Program-made: the position numbers and the translations under genes
Notes under the pieces: model-generated
The model's database searches: none
What the model saw: the letters and a program-made list of their open reading frames with translations, nothing else
Told to the model about the DNA's origin: nothing
Assembly: GCF_963921235.1 (NCBI RefSeq)
Contig: NC_086097.1
Span: 114,392,001-114,456,000, forward strand
Length of the DNA stretch: 64,000 nt
Direction of reading: 5' to 3'
Source: Mobula hypostoma
Taxonomy: Eukaryota
Shown: positions 1 through 13,989 of the stretch, piece after piece
Position numbering within the stretch: position 1 is the first letter of the stretch
How the letters are laid out: every line of letters starts with the position of its first letter

Positions 1-49
1 AGCACATTGTGGAGATTCAACAAATCCCCTTCCTGAATTTACTTACTGA

Positions 50-350
50 TTTATTTACTTCTTTATTTATAGCGGTACAACATGGAATACGTTCCTCTGG
101 CCCTTTGCCCACATCATTCAGCAATCCCCGACTGACTCCCAGTCTAATTACGGGGACGATTTACAATGACCAATTAACATACCAACCGGTACTTCTTTGG
201 ACTGTGGGAGGAAACTGGAGCACCCGGAGGAAACCCATACGGTCATGGGGAGATCGTACAAACTCATTACAGGCAGCGGCGGGGACTGAACCCAGGTCAC
301 TGGTACTATAAAACGTTGTGCTAACCACTACGCTACTGTGCCCGTCCAAG
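50..350 (-). mobile_element. tRNA-derived SINE (V-SINE/HE1-like)
   Basis: The reverse strand has a tRNA-like head (TAGCGTAGTGG...GGTTCAGTCCC A/B boxes). The core 'ggaaactggagcacccggaggaaaccca' recurs at ~10460, ~35640 and ~49000. Confidence 0.65.
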
Positions 351-555
351 TAAGCAGTAAAGTAATTGCTACACCAGTATTTGTGGGAGGTACACTGTAG
401 GAAAGAAAGGGGATATGGTTGTAAGTGTGGTGAACAAAGGTCGTTTTAAACAAAGAGATTGCTTCATTGTTGACCATAAAAAAACAATATTGCACTGGAA
501 CCTACAACATTTGTGTCAATGAAGACACCAATTTAAACTGCACATCTGCTTGTAC

Positions 556-1985
556 ATGGTCAACATCCCACAATTCCCTGCCTGCTCACTTGTCTAACTA
601 AATGCCTCCGAAACTTTGCTATTGCATCTGCTTTTGGCAGTGTACTCCAGGCACCCACCACTCTGTTAAAAAAAAATAAACATTCCATATAAATCTTCTT
701 TAACTTCCCCCCCCCCACCATCTTAAAGCTATGTCCTGTAATATTTAACATTTTCACCTCAGGATAAAGATTCTGAATATCTGCCTTGTCTGTGTCTCCC
801 ATAGTTTTATATATTGTCAGGTCACCCATCAGCTTCCAGCACTCCAGGGGAAGCAATACAGGTATGTCCAACCTCTCCTAAAAGCCAGTACTCTCTAATC
901 CAGCAACAACTTGCCGATTCTCTTCTGCAGCCTCTCTGCAGCCTCCACATCCTTCCTATAGGATAGCATGCAGTACTGCAAATGTGGCATAAGCAGAGTT
1001 TCACACAGCTGCAACATTACTTTGTTACGTACATATTCGACACGCCAACCGACGGAGGCAAGCATGCTGTACACCTTCTTTACAAACGATACAAAGATAG
1101 GTGGAAGGGCAGGCAGTGTTGAGGAAGCAGGGAATCTGCAGAAAGGCTTAGATAAGGAGGATGGTAAAGTGGCAGATGGAATACAGTGTAGTGAAGTGTA
1201 TGGTCATGCACTTTGATTGAAGGAATGAATCCAAATGGGGTGCAAATTCAGAAATCCAAGGTGTAATGGGACTTGGGAGTCCTTGTGCAGGATTCCCTAA
1301 AGGTTAACTCGCAAATGAGTCACTAGCAAGGAAGGCAAATGCAATGTTAGCATTCATTTCAAGAGGACTAGAATATAAGAGCAGCGATGTGATTCTGTGG
1401 CTTTTTAAGGCATTGGTCAGACCTCTCAGAGTATTGTGAGCAGTTTTGGGCCCCTTATTTAAGAAAAGATGTGCTGACACTGGAGAGGGTTCAGAGGAGG
1501 TTGAGGAGAATGTTTCTGGGAAGGAAATAGTTAAAGTATGAGGAGTGTTTGATATCTCTGGGCCTATACTCACTGGAGTTTAGGAAAATGATGGGGATCT
1601 CATTCAAACCTATTGAATATTGAAAGGCCTAGATAGAGTGGATGTGGAGAGGGCGTTTTTGAGAATAGAGGAGTCTAGGACCAGAGGGCACAGCCTCTGA
1701 ATACGAGGGCGTCCTTTCAGAACAGAGATGAGGAGGAATTTCCTTAGCCAGAGTGTGCTGAGTCTGTGGAATTCTTTGCCACAGGTGGCTTTGGAGGCCA
1801 AGTCATTGGGTATATTTAAAGAGGCTGCCGATAGGCTCTGATTAGTGAGGGTGTCAAAGGTTATGGAGAGAAGGCAGGAGAATGGGGTTGAGAGGGCTAA
1901 TAAGTCAGCCATGATTTAATGGTGGAGCAGACACAACGAGATGAATGGCCTAATTCTGTTCCTATGTCTTATGGTCTTTAACATG
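556..1985. mobile_element. CR1-type LINE 3' fragments (minus 556-1080, plus 1080-1985)
   Basis: Remnants of DTKIGG and FF..RVV..W; ends in the tcttatggtctt-type CR1 tail. Confidence 0.75.
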
Positions 1986-4389
1986 TGGCTACTTACGTTG
2001 CTGCTTTCAGAGAGTGATGGACTTGCTCCCCAAGACCCTTCTGCACATCAGTGCTCCAAAGTGTCCTGCCATTTACAGTACATTTTTCTCCCAATGTGCA
2101 CCATCTCATACTTAGTCCAGATTAATTCATCTGCCATTCCTCTTCCATAATTCCAACTGCACTATACCCTGATGAATCCTTTAACAACCTTCCTCACCAT
2201 CCACAACTCTGACAATTGTTGAGTTGCTGCTGGTTTACTGATCGCCCGTCCAATATTCCCATCCAAATTATTTATACATATCACAAATGGCAGAGATCTC
2301 TGAACCTTACACAACACTGGGTCACAGACCACCAGTCAAAATAACAACGCTCCACCACTAACTTCTGTTTTCTATAGCCGATCAGATTTTAAATCCTAAC
2401 CCATCCTCCTCCTTGATATCAACAACCCCTAGTATACAATCTCAGTATATCCTTCCACAAACTTGTTATAGTCAATCTCCTTCTCCTTGCTGCATAGTGA
2501 TGCAAAGCACTCTGACTAGGTTCAGACCCAGATTTATTTATCACATACACACTGAAACATACGGTGAAATGTGTCGTTTACCTTGACGATCAACACAGCC
2601 TAAGGAAGTGCTGGAGGCAGCCCGCAAGAGTCACTTCACTTCTGGCACCAACACATCATGCCCACCATGCTCAGCAGAACAACAAAATAGAAATATCAAG
2701 TGACAAAGCAACAACAAAACTAGCCCTGTTCTTCCCACTCGCCTATGCACATACACAGTCCTCTACCCCCAGCACAGACTACCTCACTCACTTTGTCTTC
2801 CTCTGGGCATAAATTCCTTCCTTTGTCCTTGAATGGTTCTGCCTAATTACCCTCTTAGTTTTAATGTATGTATAAAATGGCTTGTAATTCCCTTTAATCC
2901 TATTTGCCAAAAACATTCCATGGCCCTGTTTAGCCGACCCGATCCCCTGTTTGAGCTTTCTCCTGCTTTCTTTATGTTCCTTAAAGACCTTGTTCAAATT
3001 CAACTTCCTAAACCATATATTGTGCTTCTTTTTTTAAAAATAAATTTACAACCTCTCACCATTCAAAGGTCCCAAACCTCACCATCCTTGTCTTTCTTCC
3101 TCACAGGAACATGTTGGTCCTGAATTCTGACCAACTGACCTTTAAATGACTTCCACATGACAGCAAGAACGTCATTTGAAGACAAGACTAAGGCATCATT
3201 TGAGAACATGGAAGAGGAACTTGGTCCTCGCTATCCTGGGAACAGTCATCATTCCTGGGATAGCAGCTCTTGTAGACTGGAAAGTCATTTACTAACCTCT
3301 CAGTGCTCAGTGTGGCCTTCCCCATTCCACAGTTCATTAAACCCCATTCCCCATTCCCTGACTTAGTTCCTCATCATCCACACCTCCCCAAACAGCAGCC
3401 ATTGCCACTTGGCTCCAACACCCATTCCTCCCTTCACACCCCCACCCAAACATCCCCGAACAGACCTGTGGGCAAGTGTCACCCGAATCCCCTAAAAATA
3501 AAAGCAGCCAGTGAACAGAGTCCCAGCAGCACCTTTACAGAATGTCCCAGGCTTAGAGTGTGTGTGTGTGAGAAAGGAAAGGGGCTTGCGTTACTGTTGT
3601 TATCATTGTTCTGCTGAACACTGGGGGTACGCTGTGTCAGTATCACTTAAGGGCTGCCCCTAGCATGTCCTTAAGTGGACTTGGTTGTCTACATAAGTTC
3701 ACTCTATGTTTCGATGTATGCTTGATAAGTGAATAAATCTGAATGTGAATCTAAACTTTCAACTACAGACTAACCCACACACACTTTTGAAAGTTGAATT
3801 TGAAAGCAGAGTACAAGGTTAATGGCAGGATTCTTGGTAGTGTGGGGAACAGAGGGATCTTGGAGTCCATGTCCATAGTTCCCTCAAAGCTCCCATGCAA
3901 GTTAATACAGCCGTTAATAAGGCCTATGGTGTGTTGGCTTTCAATATGGGAATTAAGTTCAAAAGCTGTGAAACTGTATTGCAGCTCTATAAAACCCTGG
4001 TCAGACCATAACATTGTATTCAGTTTTGGCCCCCTCAGTAAAGATGTGCATGCTTCAGAGAGGGTGCAGAGGATATTCACCAGGATGCTACCTGGATTAA
4101 AGAGCAGGTCTTATGAAACACACACAGATGGTGGAGGAACTCAGCAGGTCAGGCAGCATCTATGGAGAGGAATAAAGAGTCAGTGTTTCAGGTGAAGATC
4201 CTTTGTCAGGACTGGAAAGGAAGGGGGAAGAAGCCAGATTAAGAAGCTGGAGGGAGGGGAAGGAGAACGAACTGATCTTCAGATCCATCTTAAATCTTTA
4301 GCAGAAATCTAACTGAAGGGTTATCGCTGGGGTCTTCCAGAATTCCTAGGCTGACCTATCCTAGTCAGAGTATGCCACCTGTAATGCAA

Positions 4390-5380
4390 CTTGCAACTTG
4401 GACAGCATCCTCTATTCAGACACCACTGTGAGAGAGTCCAGTTCCATCCCCACAACATCACTGGCCTTACGAATGAGTTTGTTGATTCTGTTGGTGTCTG
4501 CTACCCTCAGCCTGCTGCCCCAGCACACAACAGCAAACATGATAGCACTGGCCACCACAGACTCGTAGAACATCCTCAGCATCATCCGGCAGATGTTAAA
4601 GGACCTCAGTCTCCTCAGGAAATAGAGGCGGCTCTGACCCTTCTTGTAGATAGCCTCAGTGTTCTTTGACCAGTCCAGTTTATTGTCAATTCGTACCCCA
4701 GGTATTTGTAATCCTCCACCGTGTCCACACTGACCTCTGGATGGAAACGGGTAACCGGTACCTTAGCTCTCCTCAGGTCTACCACCAGATCCTTAGTCTT
4801 TTCCACATTAAGCTGCAGATAATTCTGCTTACACCATGTGATAAAGTTTCCTACCGTAGCCCTGTACTCAGCCTCAAATCCCTTGCTGATGCATCCAACT
4901 ATGGCAGAACCATCAGAAAACTTCTGAAGATGACAAGAGTCTGTGCAGTAGTTGAAGTCCAAGGTGTAAATGGTGAAGAGAAGGGCCAGTGATGTTGTGG
5001 GGATGGAACTGGTCTCTCTGACGGTGGTGTCTGAAAAGAGGATGCTGTCCAAGTTGCATGCCATCTTGGACAACGTCTCCCATCCACTACATAATGTACT
5101 GGTTGGGCACAGGAGTACATTCAGCCAGAGACTCATTCCACCGAGATGCAACACAGAGCATCATAGGAAGTCATTCCTGCCTGTGGCCATCAAACTTTAC
5201 AACTCCTCCCTTGGAGGGTCAGACACCCTGAGCCAATAGGCTGGTCCTGGACTTATTTCCTGGCATAATTTACATATTACTATTTAACTATTTATGGTTT
5301 TATTACTATTTATTATTTATGGTGCAACTGTAACGAAAACCAATTTCCCCCGGGATCAATAAAGTATGACTATGACTATG
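4390..5380. mobile_element. Rex1/Babar-like non-LTR retrotransposon 3' part with internal inversion
   Basis: RT remnant LQKFSDGSAIVGCI...LQLNVEKTK on the minus strand (4615-4975); C-terminal RKSFLPVAIKLYN and tail on the plus strand (4984-5380). Confidence 0.75.
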
Positions 5381-7868
5381 AATTAAAGGTAACTGTACAA
5401 GCTGATGAGGAACCTAGTGATTTTGAAGCATTCATAGAATGCACATTAAACAGATGTTCGGTACGCGGGGGGTGTAAAATGTATTGCAGATTAGTGTTCA
5501 AGGGAAGTGGAGTAGTCAGAAATCATTAGAGATAAAGGTGGGAGTTCAGGATTTCCTCTGAAACCACTCAGACTGCACATGGAAACGCTAGAACAGAAAC
5601 TAAAACACGAGAACAGAAACAAAGAGAAAGTACTATGTGCAAAGAGATTAACAGGATGAAGTAAAGGATGGGGAAAAAGGAGAGTTAAAGGTTCCTGCAC
5701 TCACTGGAGAAGATACCATTTTAGAATATATATACCTCCTTAATGTAACATTGAGCAAAGTCAGTATTTCATCCCTTTCAGATATCCAAGGAGGAAAAGC
5801 TGAGGTGGAAAGGCATTTTCTGATGTGTTATGCTAAAATAAATCTCAAACAAAAGAAAATCTGTGGATACTGGAAATCTGAGCAACACACACAAAATGTT
5901 GGAAGAACCCAGCAGGCCAGGCAGCAACTATGGAAAAAAGTACAGTCAACGTTTCGGGACAAAACCCTTCCGCAGGACTGCTAGGATTCGGTCCGAAACG
6001 TCGACTGGACTTTTTTCCATAGATGCTGCCTGGCCTGCTGAGTTCCTCCAGCATTTTATGTGTGTTGCTAAAAATGAATCTATAGATCTTACATAAAGTT
6101 GTGTAAAATTTCTATCTCTATAGATAGTTGTCTCTAACCCAAAGGGGGTAGAGGAGACCAGTCATCAATCCCCTGAGCTACCCGTACAAACAAAATAAAA
6201 CATTTCAGTTTCACTGCAGGGAAGACAGTGTTTGGGATTGGTATGAGTCTTTTTGGACATTTATTTTGAGAAAAATGGTACTGTGTGTGCTTCTATTGCC
6301 TCACCTACAGTATTTCTGGAAGGATTCTTTGATTTAGATGGTAGTCATTTGAAAGTTACCACATTGCAAGCACAAGTCCCTGCATCACATAATTCTATTA
6401 AATAAAAAGAAGAAAGTTCAAGCACTTTGGTAAAGTGTCCAATATTTTCTCCAAGAACCAGTGTGTCATTCTCCTCAGATTCTGATGAAATTAAATTGCA
6501 TTACTTACTCTCTGTCCCAAAGAAAGAGCCAGCCTATGTTCAAAAGGTTGTTTATAATCCAGATTATGTAAAACAAACAAGGCAGCACAGAAGGCATCCA
6601 TGTCAAGGTATTACTGTGAGAGCAACAAAGAAACAGATGTTAGTAACAATGGTGATTTAGTAAATTGTACTGAGAAAATATATTGAGAAGAGAATTATGT
6701 GTGGAATTCAAGAGTTTATGCTACATAGAGAAATGTCTTATTTTGAAGGGATTAAACAATTATTGGCACTCCTTAAAAATCTGTGAATTATGTCTATCTG
6801 GTTTAATAACTCTGTTCCAATCAGTGAATTAATGGTACAGAAAGGGTCATCAACAATTATTAATGCATCTCTGGTCCCAATAATTGACATAGAAGCCCAC
6901 CTGCTATCTTTCTGAAATAGTCAATCTTATGCTATGTAATGCGTCAAGTACTTTGAAAATTCCATTTTACTTTCTGGATCTCCACTGTTGAAAGTCCATC
7001 TTTCAGTTTTATGCTCCCAAAGCATTTACTGGGTTACATCGTAGACACAAGAGATTCTGCAGATGCTGGAAATCTTGAGCAACACACACAAAATGGTGTT
7101 TCACCCCTTCTCCACATCTACCCATCATTTTCCTCTGGTTGCCCTCCTCCTTCCCTTTGGTTCTCGGTCCTCTCCAATCAGGTTCCTTCTTCTTCTGCTC
7201 TCTTCCTTTCCCACCCTGATGAAGGGTCTCAGCCCAAAACGTTGACTGTTTATTCCATTCCAGCCTGATTTGCTGAGTTCTTCCAGCTTTTTGTGCATGT
7301 TGCTGTATTACAAATGCTGTTTTATCTCACCACTTTTAAAAACTGTATAATGCAAACCTCACAGGTGTATTATATTCCAAAATGCAGAATCTGGTTTATG
7401 TTTAAAGCACCACACCAGTTCCTAGACTTGAACTGTTTCTCACAATACGCACCCTGCCCGTCAACAGCACCTTTCAATATCAGCTACTTCGGCTTCGAAA
7501 TAACTGTTTTATATAGGTGTTACAAACTTGTCCACAAGAATGAAGCAAAATGCAGAAATTCTTATATTGTACATACAGCAAAAAGTTTAGACTTTCTAAA
7601 ATGTTTCTGTTCAATCTCAAGAATGCAGCCTTACTTAACCACATTTTCTTCTTCCATATAAAAGCAGCAGGAAGCAAGACAGATCACACTGAGTAAAGTT
7701 TACAGTCTGCATTCGGGTTAAAGATAGATAGCAGTCTTTTTTTTTCATCTTATTTTGTCTTAACTTCCTGTAGTCATTATATAGAACACAGTGAAGAAAA
7801 CTGAATGGTGTTCAAAGCATAATCTTATTCTAGCTATACATACAACTATAATCAGAAGCAGCTCTTAC

Positions 7869-8013
7869 CTTTGACATAATCCAATGAGAACATAGACAAG
7901 CCACACAGCTTGCCATGTATAAATGATTCCCCATATAGAAAATGTCCATCCTGCAGGGGTGAATTCAGTGTAGTACTTTCTTGATAAATTTCCAACAGTC
8001 TGAAGAAAAATAC
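7869..8013 (-). CDS. Coding exon 2 of uncharacterised multi-pass membrane protein (TPAGWTFSIWGIIY family; zebrafish si:ch211-161h7.5-like)
   Basis: 145-nt exon with AG acceptor at 8015-8014 and GTAAGA donor at 7868. Translates (G)IFLQTVGNLSRKYYTEFTPAGWTFSIWGIIYTWQAVWLVYVLIGLCQ(R), in phase with the upstream exon. Later exons were not found and are probably left of the window. Confidence 0.85.
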
Positions 8014-9639
8014 CTAATATATTTACAGATGCAATTAGTACAAGCTGTAATCATAGGTCATGCAATGTCATTTCCAAAAACCTGTTGAATTCTGTTTCTA
8101 CTATTTAATTTACTGGCATCTCACTTCCAGGAATGTCCATCTCCAAAGAAGCTCACTAAACACTTGACAACCCTGGGCAACCAACCCATTTTCATTAGAA
8201 CTAGCCTGTAGTAAGTTAAAGTCATCAACTCGCAAAATTATTCATTGTAAATGTAAATTAATAAATTAACAATATAGCCTGTCTTGTCTTCCCTTTTCAA
8301 AGTCAAAGTCAAAATATATTTATTGTCGAGGTATTTATATGTCACCATATACTAACTTGAGATTCATTTTCTTGCAGTCATTTACAGGAAAATAAAGAAA
8401 TAAACAGAATTTATTAAAAACTATACATCGACAATGACTAACAAACCACCATTGTGCAAATAAACAAACAGCATCACCAACATCAGTTTAGAGTCCTTCA
8501 AAGTGAACCCATAGGTTGTGGAGTGAGTTCAACACTGAGGTGAATGAAGATAAAGTATGCATGCCAGTTCAGGAGCATAATGGATGTAGGGTAATAATTG
8601 TTCCTGAAGCTGCTGGCGTGGGACCCAAGGCTCCTATACATCCTGCCCAATGGTAGTACAGAGAAGAGAGCACGGCCTGGGTGGTGGGGTAGTTTGATGA
8701 TGGATGCTGCTTTCTTGTGGCAGCTCTCTGTGTAAATGTACTCAGTAGTTGGGAGGGCTTTGCCTGTGATGGACTGGGCTGTACCCACCACTTTCCATTT
8801 CATTCTTTGTACACTTTTCCATTCCTGGGTATTAGTGTTTCCATACTATGCCATGATGCAACTAGTCAGGATAATCTCCACTGTACACCCATAGAAGTCT
8901 GTCAAATTTCTAGCTAACATACTGAATCTAAACAAACTTATAAGAAAGTAGAAGTGCAGTCATGACTTCCTTGTGATGACGCTTAACTGCAAATCTTCAG
9001 CAGCTAATTATTTTGTTCTTGCAAACCCACCAATATTCTCATTCTTGTTTTTTTTCTCTCTCTCTCCCCCTTTCCCTCTTCCTCCCTCTGTCTCCTCCCC
9101 CTCCCCCGGTAGGGTACCAGTGTCCTTGGCAATTTTGTACTGGGTGGTATTGAAATACTGTACTTGAATACTGTTGGAGATTCAGTACAAGAGGAGAGTA
9201 TTCTATTGTGCTCCTGACCCATGCCCATACATGGTGGAAATACTTTGGAGTATCAGGAGGTGAGTCTGTTATTATAGAATAACAAACCATTGTCTTGTTC
9301 CTGTATTTGTGTCTCATCAGGTGCGTTTCTAGTTAATGGTGTCTCCAGGCTGTCGATGGAGGGGGAGTTCATAGTTCAAAGCTCATGCAGACGTGGACTA
9401 CCTCACTTGCCGAGGAGTTGCAAACTAAATAAAGCATTATATAAAGATTTGATTAGATTAGTTTTATTTGTCACATGCGGATCGAAACCTACAATGAAAT
9501 GCGTTGTTTGTGTCAAATCAAATCAGTGAAGATTGCGGTGTGGGCAGCCTGCAAGAGTTGCTATGCTTTTGGTGCCAATGTAGCATGCCCACAGCTCACT
9601 AATCCTAACCGTATGTCTTCAGAATCAGAATCAGGTTTA

Positions 9640-10455
9640 TTATCACCGGCATGTGATGTGAAACTCGTTAACTTAGCAGCAGCAGTTCAACGCAATACAT
9701 AATCTAGCAGAGAGAGAGAGAAAAATAAATAAAACATAATAATAAATAAACAAGTAAATCAATTACATATATCGAATAGATTATTAAAAAATGTGCAAAA
9801 ACAGAAATACTGTATATTAAAAGAAAGTGAGGTAATGTCCAAAGCTTCAAAGTCCATTCAGGAATCGGATGGCAGAGGGGAAGAAGCTGTTCCTGAATCG
9901 CTGAGTGTGTGACTTCAGGCTTCTGTATCTCCTACCTGATAGTAACAGTGAGTAAAGAGCATACCCCGGGTGTTGGACGTCCTTAATAATGGACGCTGCT
10001 TTTCTGAGACACCGCTCCCTAAAGATGTCCTGGGTACTTTGTAGGCTAGTGCCCAAGGTGAAGCTGACTAGATTCTGCAGCTTCTTTCGGTCCTGTGCAG
10101 TAGCCCCTCCATACCAGACAGTGATGCAGCCTGTCAGAATGCTCTCCACGATACAACTATAGAAGTTTTTGAGTGTGTTTGTTGACATGCCAAATCGTTT
10201 CAAGCTCCTAATGAAGCATATCCACTGTTTTGCCTTCTTTATGACTACATCAATGTGTTGGGACCAGGTTAGGTTCTCAGAGATCTTGACAACCAGGAAC
10301 TTAAAGCTGCTCACTCTCTCCACTTCTGATCTCTCTATGAGAATTTGTATGTGTTCCTTCATCTTACCCTTTCTGACGTCCACAATCAGTTCTTTTGTCT
10401 TACTGACATTGAGTGCCAGGTTGTTGCTCCACTAGTTGGCATATCTCACTCCTGA
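9640..10455 (-). mobile_element. Rex1-like LINE 3' fragment
   Basis: ORF 9847-10383: ERVSSFKFL...ESILTGCITVWYG...RFRNSFFPSAIRFLN. Confidence 0.8.
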
Positions 10456-12207
10456 GCCAGAGCACCCGGAGGAAGCCCATGCAGTTATAGGGAGAACACG
10501 TTACTCTTTACGGGCAGTTGTGGGGATTGAACCCTGATTGTACAACTGGCACTGTGATGCATTGTGCAAACCACAACACAGCTCTGCCACCTCTAGACAT
10601 TATGCAATTATCCCCACTGAGAAACTATAGACAATATATGCTATTATTATTTGAGATACCAACTGGAAATGGGCAACAATGGAGATAAACATCTAAGACT
10701 TGGCATAGAACAAGATCCAAAGAGCAGAGTTTTGGGGCACCTCAAATTTATGAAAAATGAAGGCTACACAGACAGCACCATAATAATAATCATCATCAGT
10801 GTTGTGCCGGCTCAGTCATGGAAAATTATTTTGGTGGCAGGCAAGCTGAATCAGGCAGAATGTTGAAAAAAATGTACAGATTAAAAATAAGATAATTTGG
10901 TCTGAAACTGTGCTCAAGCAAAGTTATAGAGCTATTTGTGAATGAGCCAGATTGTCACTGTGCCTAAAATTAATTTAGCACAGTTGAACTCGAAGCAGAG
11001 GTAGTTCATTCCAAACTGGATCTTGGGCAAGCAGTGTGATTTCACAAAGAGTGTAGAGAATGGTGCAGAGGAGACAGAGCTGAAGCCTTGGCATGCATGC
11101 AGGAAGTAACCCCATGTCCACAGGGAGCATTGTCAAGATTTCAGCCCCTTAATGTTGCATTCACGGATCTTCGGAAGGTATTTGAACATGCGGTTGTTGT
11201 GTACAGTATAAGATGGAAGACAGTGGATTTCCCAGGAGTAAATGTCAGGATCAATGCCTCTTAGACGTATTCTGTGCTGGAAAAAAGGAATCATGAAGGC
11301 TATTCATATGGGTGGTAAGATCACATTTTAAAAACATTAATTTTAAGTGATTCCGATGTTGCTAAGAAGGCTAGAACTCATCACCCATCCTGAATTACAC
11401 GAGCTGACTGTGATGAGTGTCTTGAGTTACTGTAGTCCATCTGGTAGTGGTATCTTCACGTTGTCAGGTGACGGTAGCATAACAGTTAGCATAATGCTTT
11501 ACAGCTGCTGTCTGGAAGGAGCTTGTACATTCTCCCCATAGCCACTTGGATTTCCATCAGGTGCAAACTTCAGAAGTTCAAAGTTCAAAATAAAAAATTA
11601 TTATCAGAATGCATACATAACGCCACATACAACCCTGAGATTCTTTATCCCTGTGGACATACTTAGCAAATCTATAGAACAGTAACTGTAAACAGGATCA
11701 ATGAAAAACAAACTGTGCAAATGCAAATATAAATAAACAGCAATAAATAATGAAAGCATGAAATAACAAGATAGAGTCCTAAAGTGAGACCATTGGTTGT
11801 GGGAACTCCAAAAATAGAGTGAGTGTAGTTATTCCCCTTTTGTTCAAGAGCCCGATGTTTGAGGGATAATAACTGCTCTTGAACCTGGTGGTGCGAGTCC
11901 TGAGGCTCCTGTACCTTCTACCTGATGGCAGCAGTGAGAAAAGTGCTTGGCCCTGGGTGGTGAGGATCTTTGATGATGGATGCTACTTTTCTATGACAAC
12001 GTTTCATGTAGGTGTGCTCAATCTACATGAAATGGAGGCTCTTTCGGTTTCCTCTCTGTTATGGTGAGCTGAAATAACTAATCCCAGGCTAGCTTTCATT
12101 GATTAGCCATTGTCCCTAATAATATCTCGAATGTTCTTGTGTAAGCAGTTTAAATAGTCATGCTTTAGGATGCATTGTTCAAGTGTCTGTAACTGCATGA
12201 TTTTACT

Positions 12208-12993
12208 GCAGCGGTCCCCAACCACCGGGCTGCGGACCGGTACTGGGCCGCAAAGCATGTGCTATCAGTCCGCGAGGGAACGATACGAGTCAGCTGCACA
12301 TTTCTTCATTCCCTGTCACGCACTGTTGAACTTGAACATAGGGTTGCCAACTGTCCCGAATTTGCCGGGACATCCCATATATTGGGCTAAATTGGTTTGT
12401 CCCATACGGGATCGCCCTTGTCCTGTATTTCCCCCGCTAAGGTAGAGTGTTCCTATGAAACCTTTCGTGCCGAAATGGCGTAAAGCGAAAAAGCAATTAT
12501 GATTAATTTAGATGGGAAAAATTTCTGAGCGTTCCCAGACCCAAAAATAACCTACCAAATCATACCAAATAACACATAAAACCCAAAATAACAGTAACAT
12601 ATAGTAAAAGCAGGAATGATATGATAAATACACAGCCTATATAAAGTAGAAATAATGTACGTACAGTGTAGTCGGGAAGATTAAGGCAAAACCGATTTGT
12701 GGAAAAAAATCGGCACATACGCGCATGCGCATGTCACACAAGTGCACACAGGTGCCCGCGCAAGGCTTCATGGTCATCGTAGTCTTTCTCAGGGTAAACT
12801 CAAGTGTCCTGTATTTGACTGCTGCTTTTGTCCCTTATTTGGGAGTGAGAAAGTTGGCAACCTTAACTATAAAAGACATGTTGAGGTGAGTTTAACCCTA
12901 CCTGAACACCCCCCCCCACCCCCGGTTGGCCGGTCCGCAAGAATATTGTCAATATTAAACCGGTCCGCGGTGCATAAAAGTTTGGGGACCCCT
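12208..12993. mobile_element. Non-autonomous hAT-like element containing a nested MITE
   Basis: Outer TIRs cagcggtccccaa / ttggggacccctg. Inner element ~12339-12863 has TIRs tagggttgccaact / agttggcaaccct and is the same family as 43006-43439. Confidence 0.7.
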
Positions 12994-13464
12994 GTTTTAC
13001 TGAATAAAGGTTCTGTTTTCTGGCTTTGGGTCTCATCAGTATTTACAGGCGAGTGAACAAGATAGAGTGAATAAGTTGTGGGCAAGCTATTTTGCTGCTG
13101 GGAGCATGGCAACACTTGCAGGCTGGTTCCAGCACATCTCAGACTGTGTTGGTCGCTGATGCAAACAATGCATTTCACTGTTTTTTTTCCCGTACATGTG
13201 ACAAATAAAGTTAATCTTCAGATAAAGGACTTTGACAAAGCGGCAAAGGAATTGTTACAGATTTCCAAATCAGGATGATCACTGACTTGATTCTTCCAAT
13301 TAAAATTCCAACCAAATAAGTGTATGACAGAATTATACAACCTCGTTCTATGATAAACAAACTGATTCTACTCGTCAAAGTAGTTTAAGTGGCTTTAACT
13401 GTGTCCCAAATCATGTTCTCAGATATTCTCAGATATTCACATAGCAGAATCATGCTTTTCCTAC

Positions 13465-13570
13465 CTGATTCTGGTCCGTTCCCTGCAAGAGCGTTCAGAA
13501 TCAAAGTGATGATGTAGACCACTAAGGTGAAGACCAGGAGGCAAGTCCTCCATAAATTTATCTTGGCCAT
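13465..13570 (-). CDS. First coding exon of the same membrane-protein gene
   Basis: ATG at 13570; MAKINLWRTCLLVFTLVVYIITLILNALAGNGPES+G (hydrophobic helix); phase-1 donor GTAGGA at 13464. Upstream acceptor ttctctttgctaacAG at 13601 implies an upstream non-coding exon. Confidence 0.85.
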
Positions 13571-13989
13571 TGGGAACTCCCAATCGATCAATTTAATTGA
13601 CTGTTAGCAAAGAGAATTGGAACAAAAAAAGCACAAATTTATTTTAAGGCATAGATTATAATAGCGCAGTTGGCCAAGAATCCATTCCAATATTAGAAAA
13701 CCACACATAAAAGTTGCTGGTGAACGCAGCAGGCCAGGCAGCACCTCTTCCTAGAGATGCTGCCTGGCCTGCTGCGTTCACCTGCAACTTTTATGTGTGT
13801 TGCTTGAATTTCCAGCATCTGCAGAATTCCTGTTGTTTCCAATATCAGAAAAAATACTATTGGGTGCAACGGTAGCACAGTGGTAAATGCAACAGGACTC
13901 AGGACTCAGCCCGAAATGTCGACTGTACCTCTTCCTATAGATGCTGCCTGGCCTGCTGCATTCCACCAGCATTTTATGCGTGTTGCTTG

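Noticed and set aside
5400..7860. Next exon of the host gene or more viral fragments
   Set aside because: No convincing frame, splice pair or motif was found by eye; not excluded without a search.
13220..13420. Further NA-like words (IKDF, TDS..SGF) on the plus strand
   Set aside because: Short and gappy, and a conserved host exon would have to sit inside NA; probably chance.
13385..13591. Whole 68-aa ORF as a single-exon gene
   Set aside because: Only 13570-13465 is exonic; a donor site and an in-phase downstream exon explain it better.
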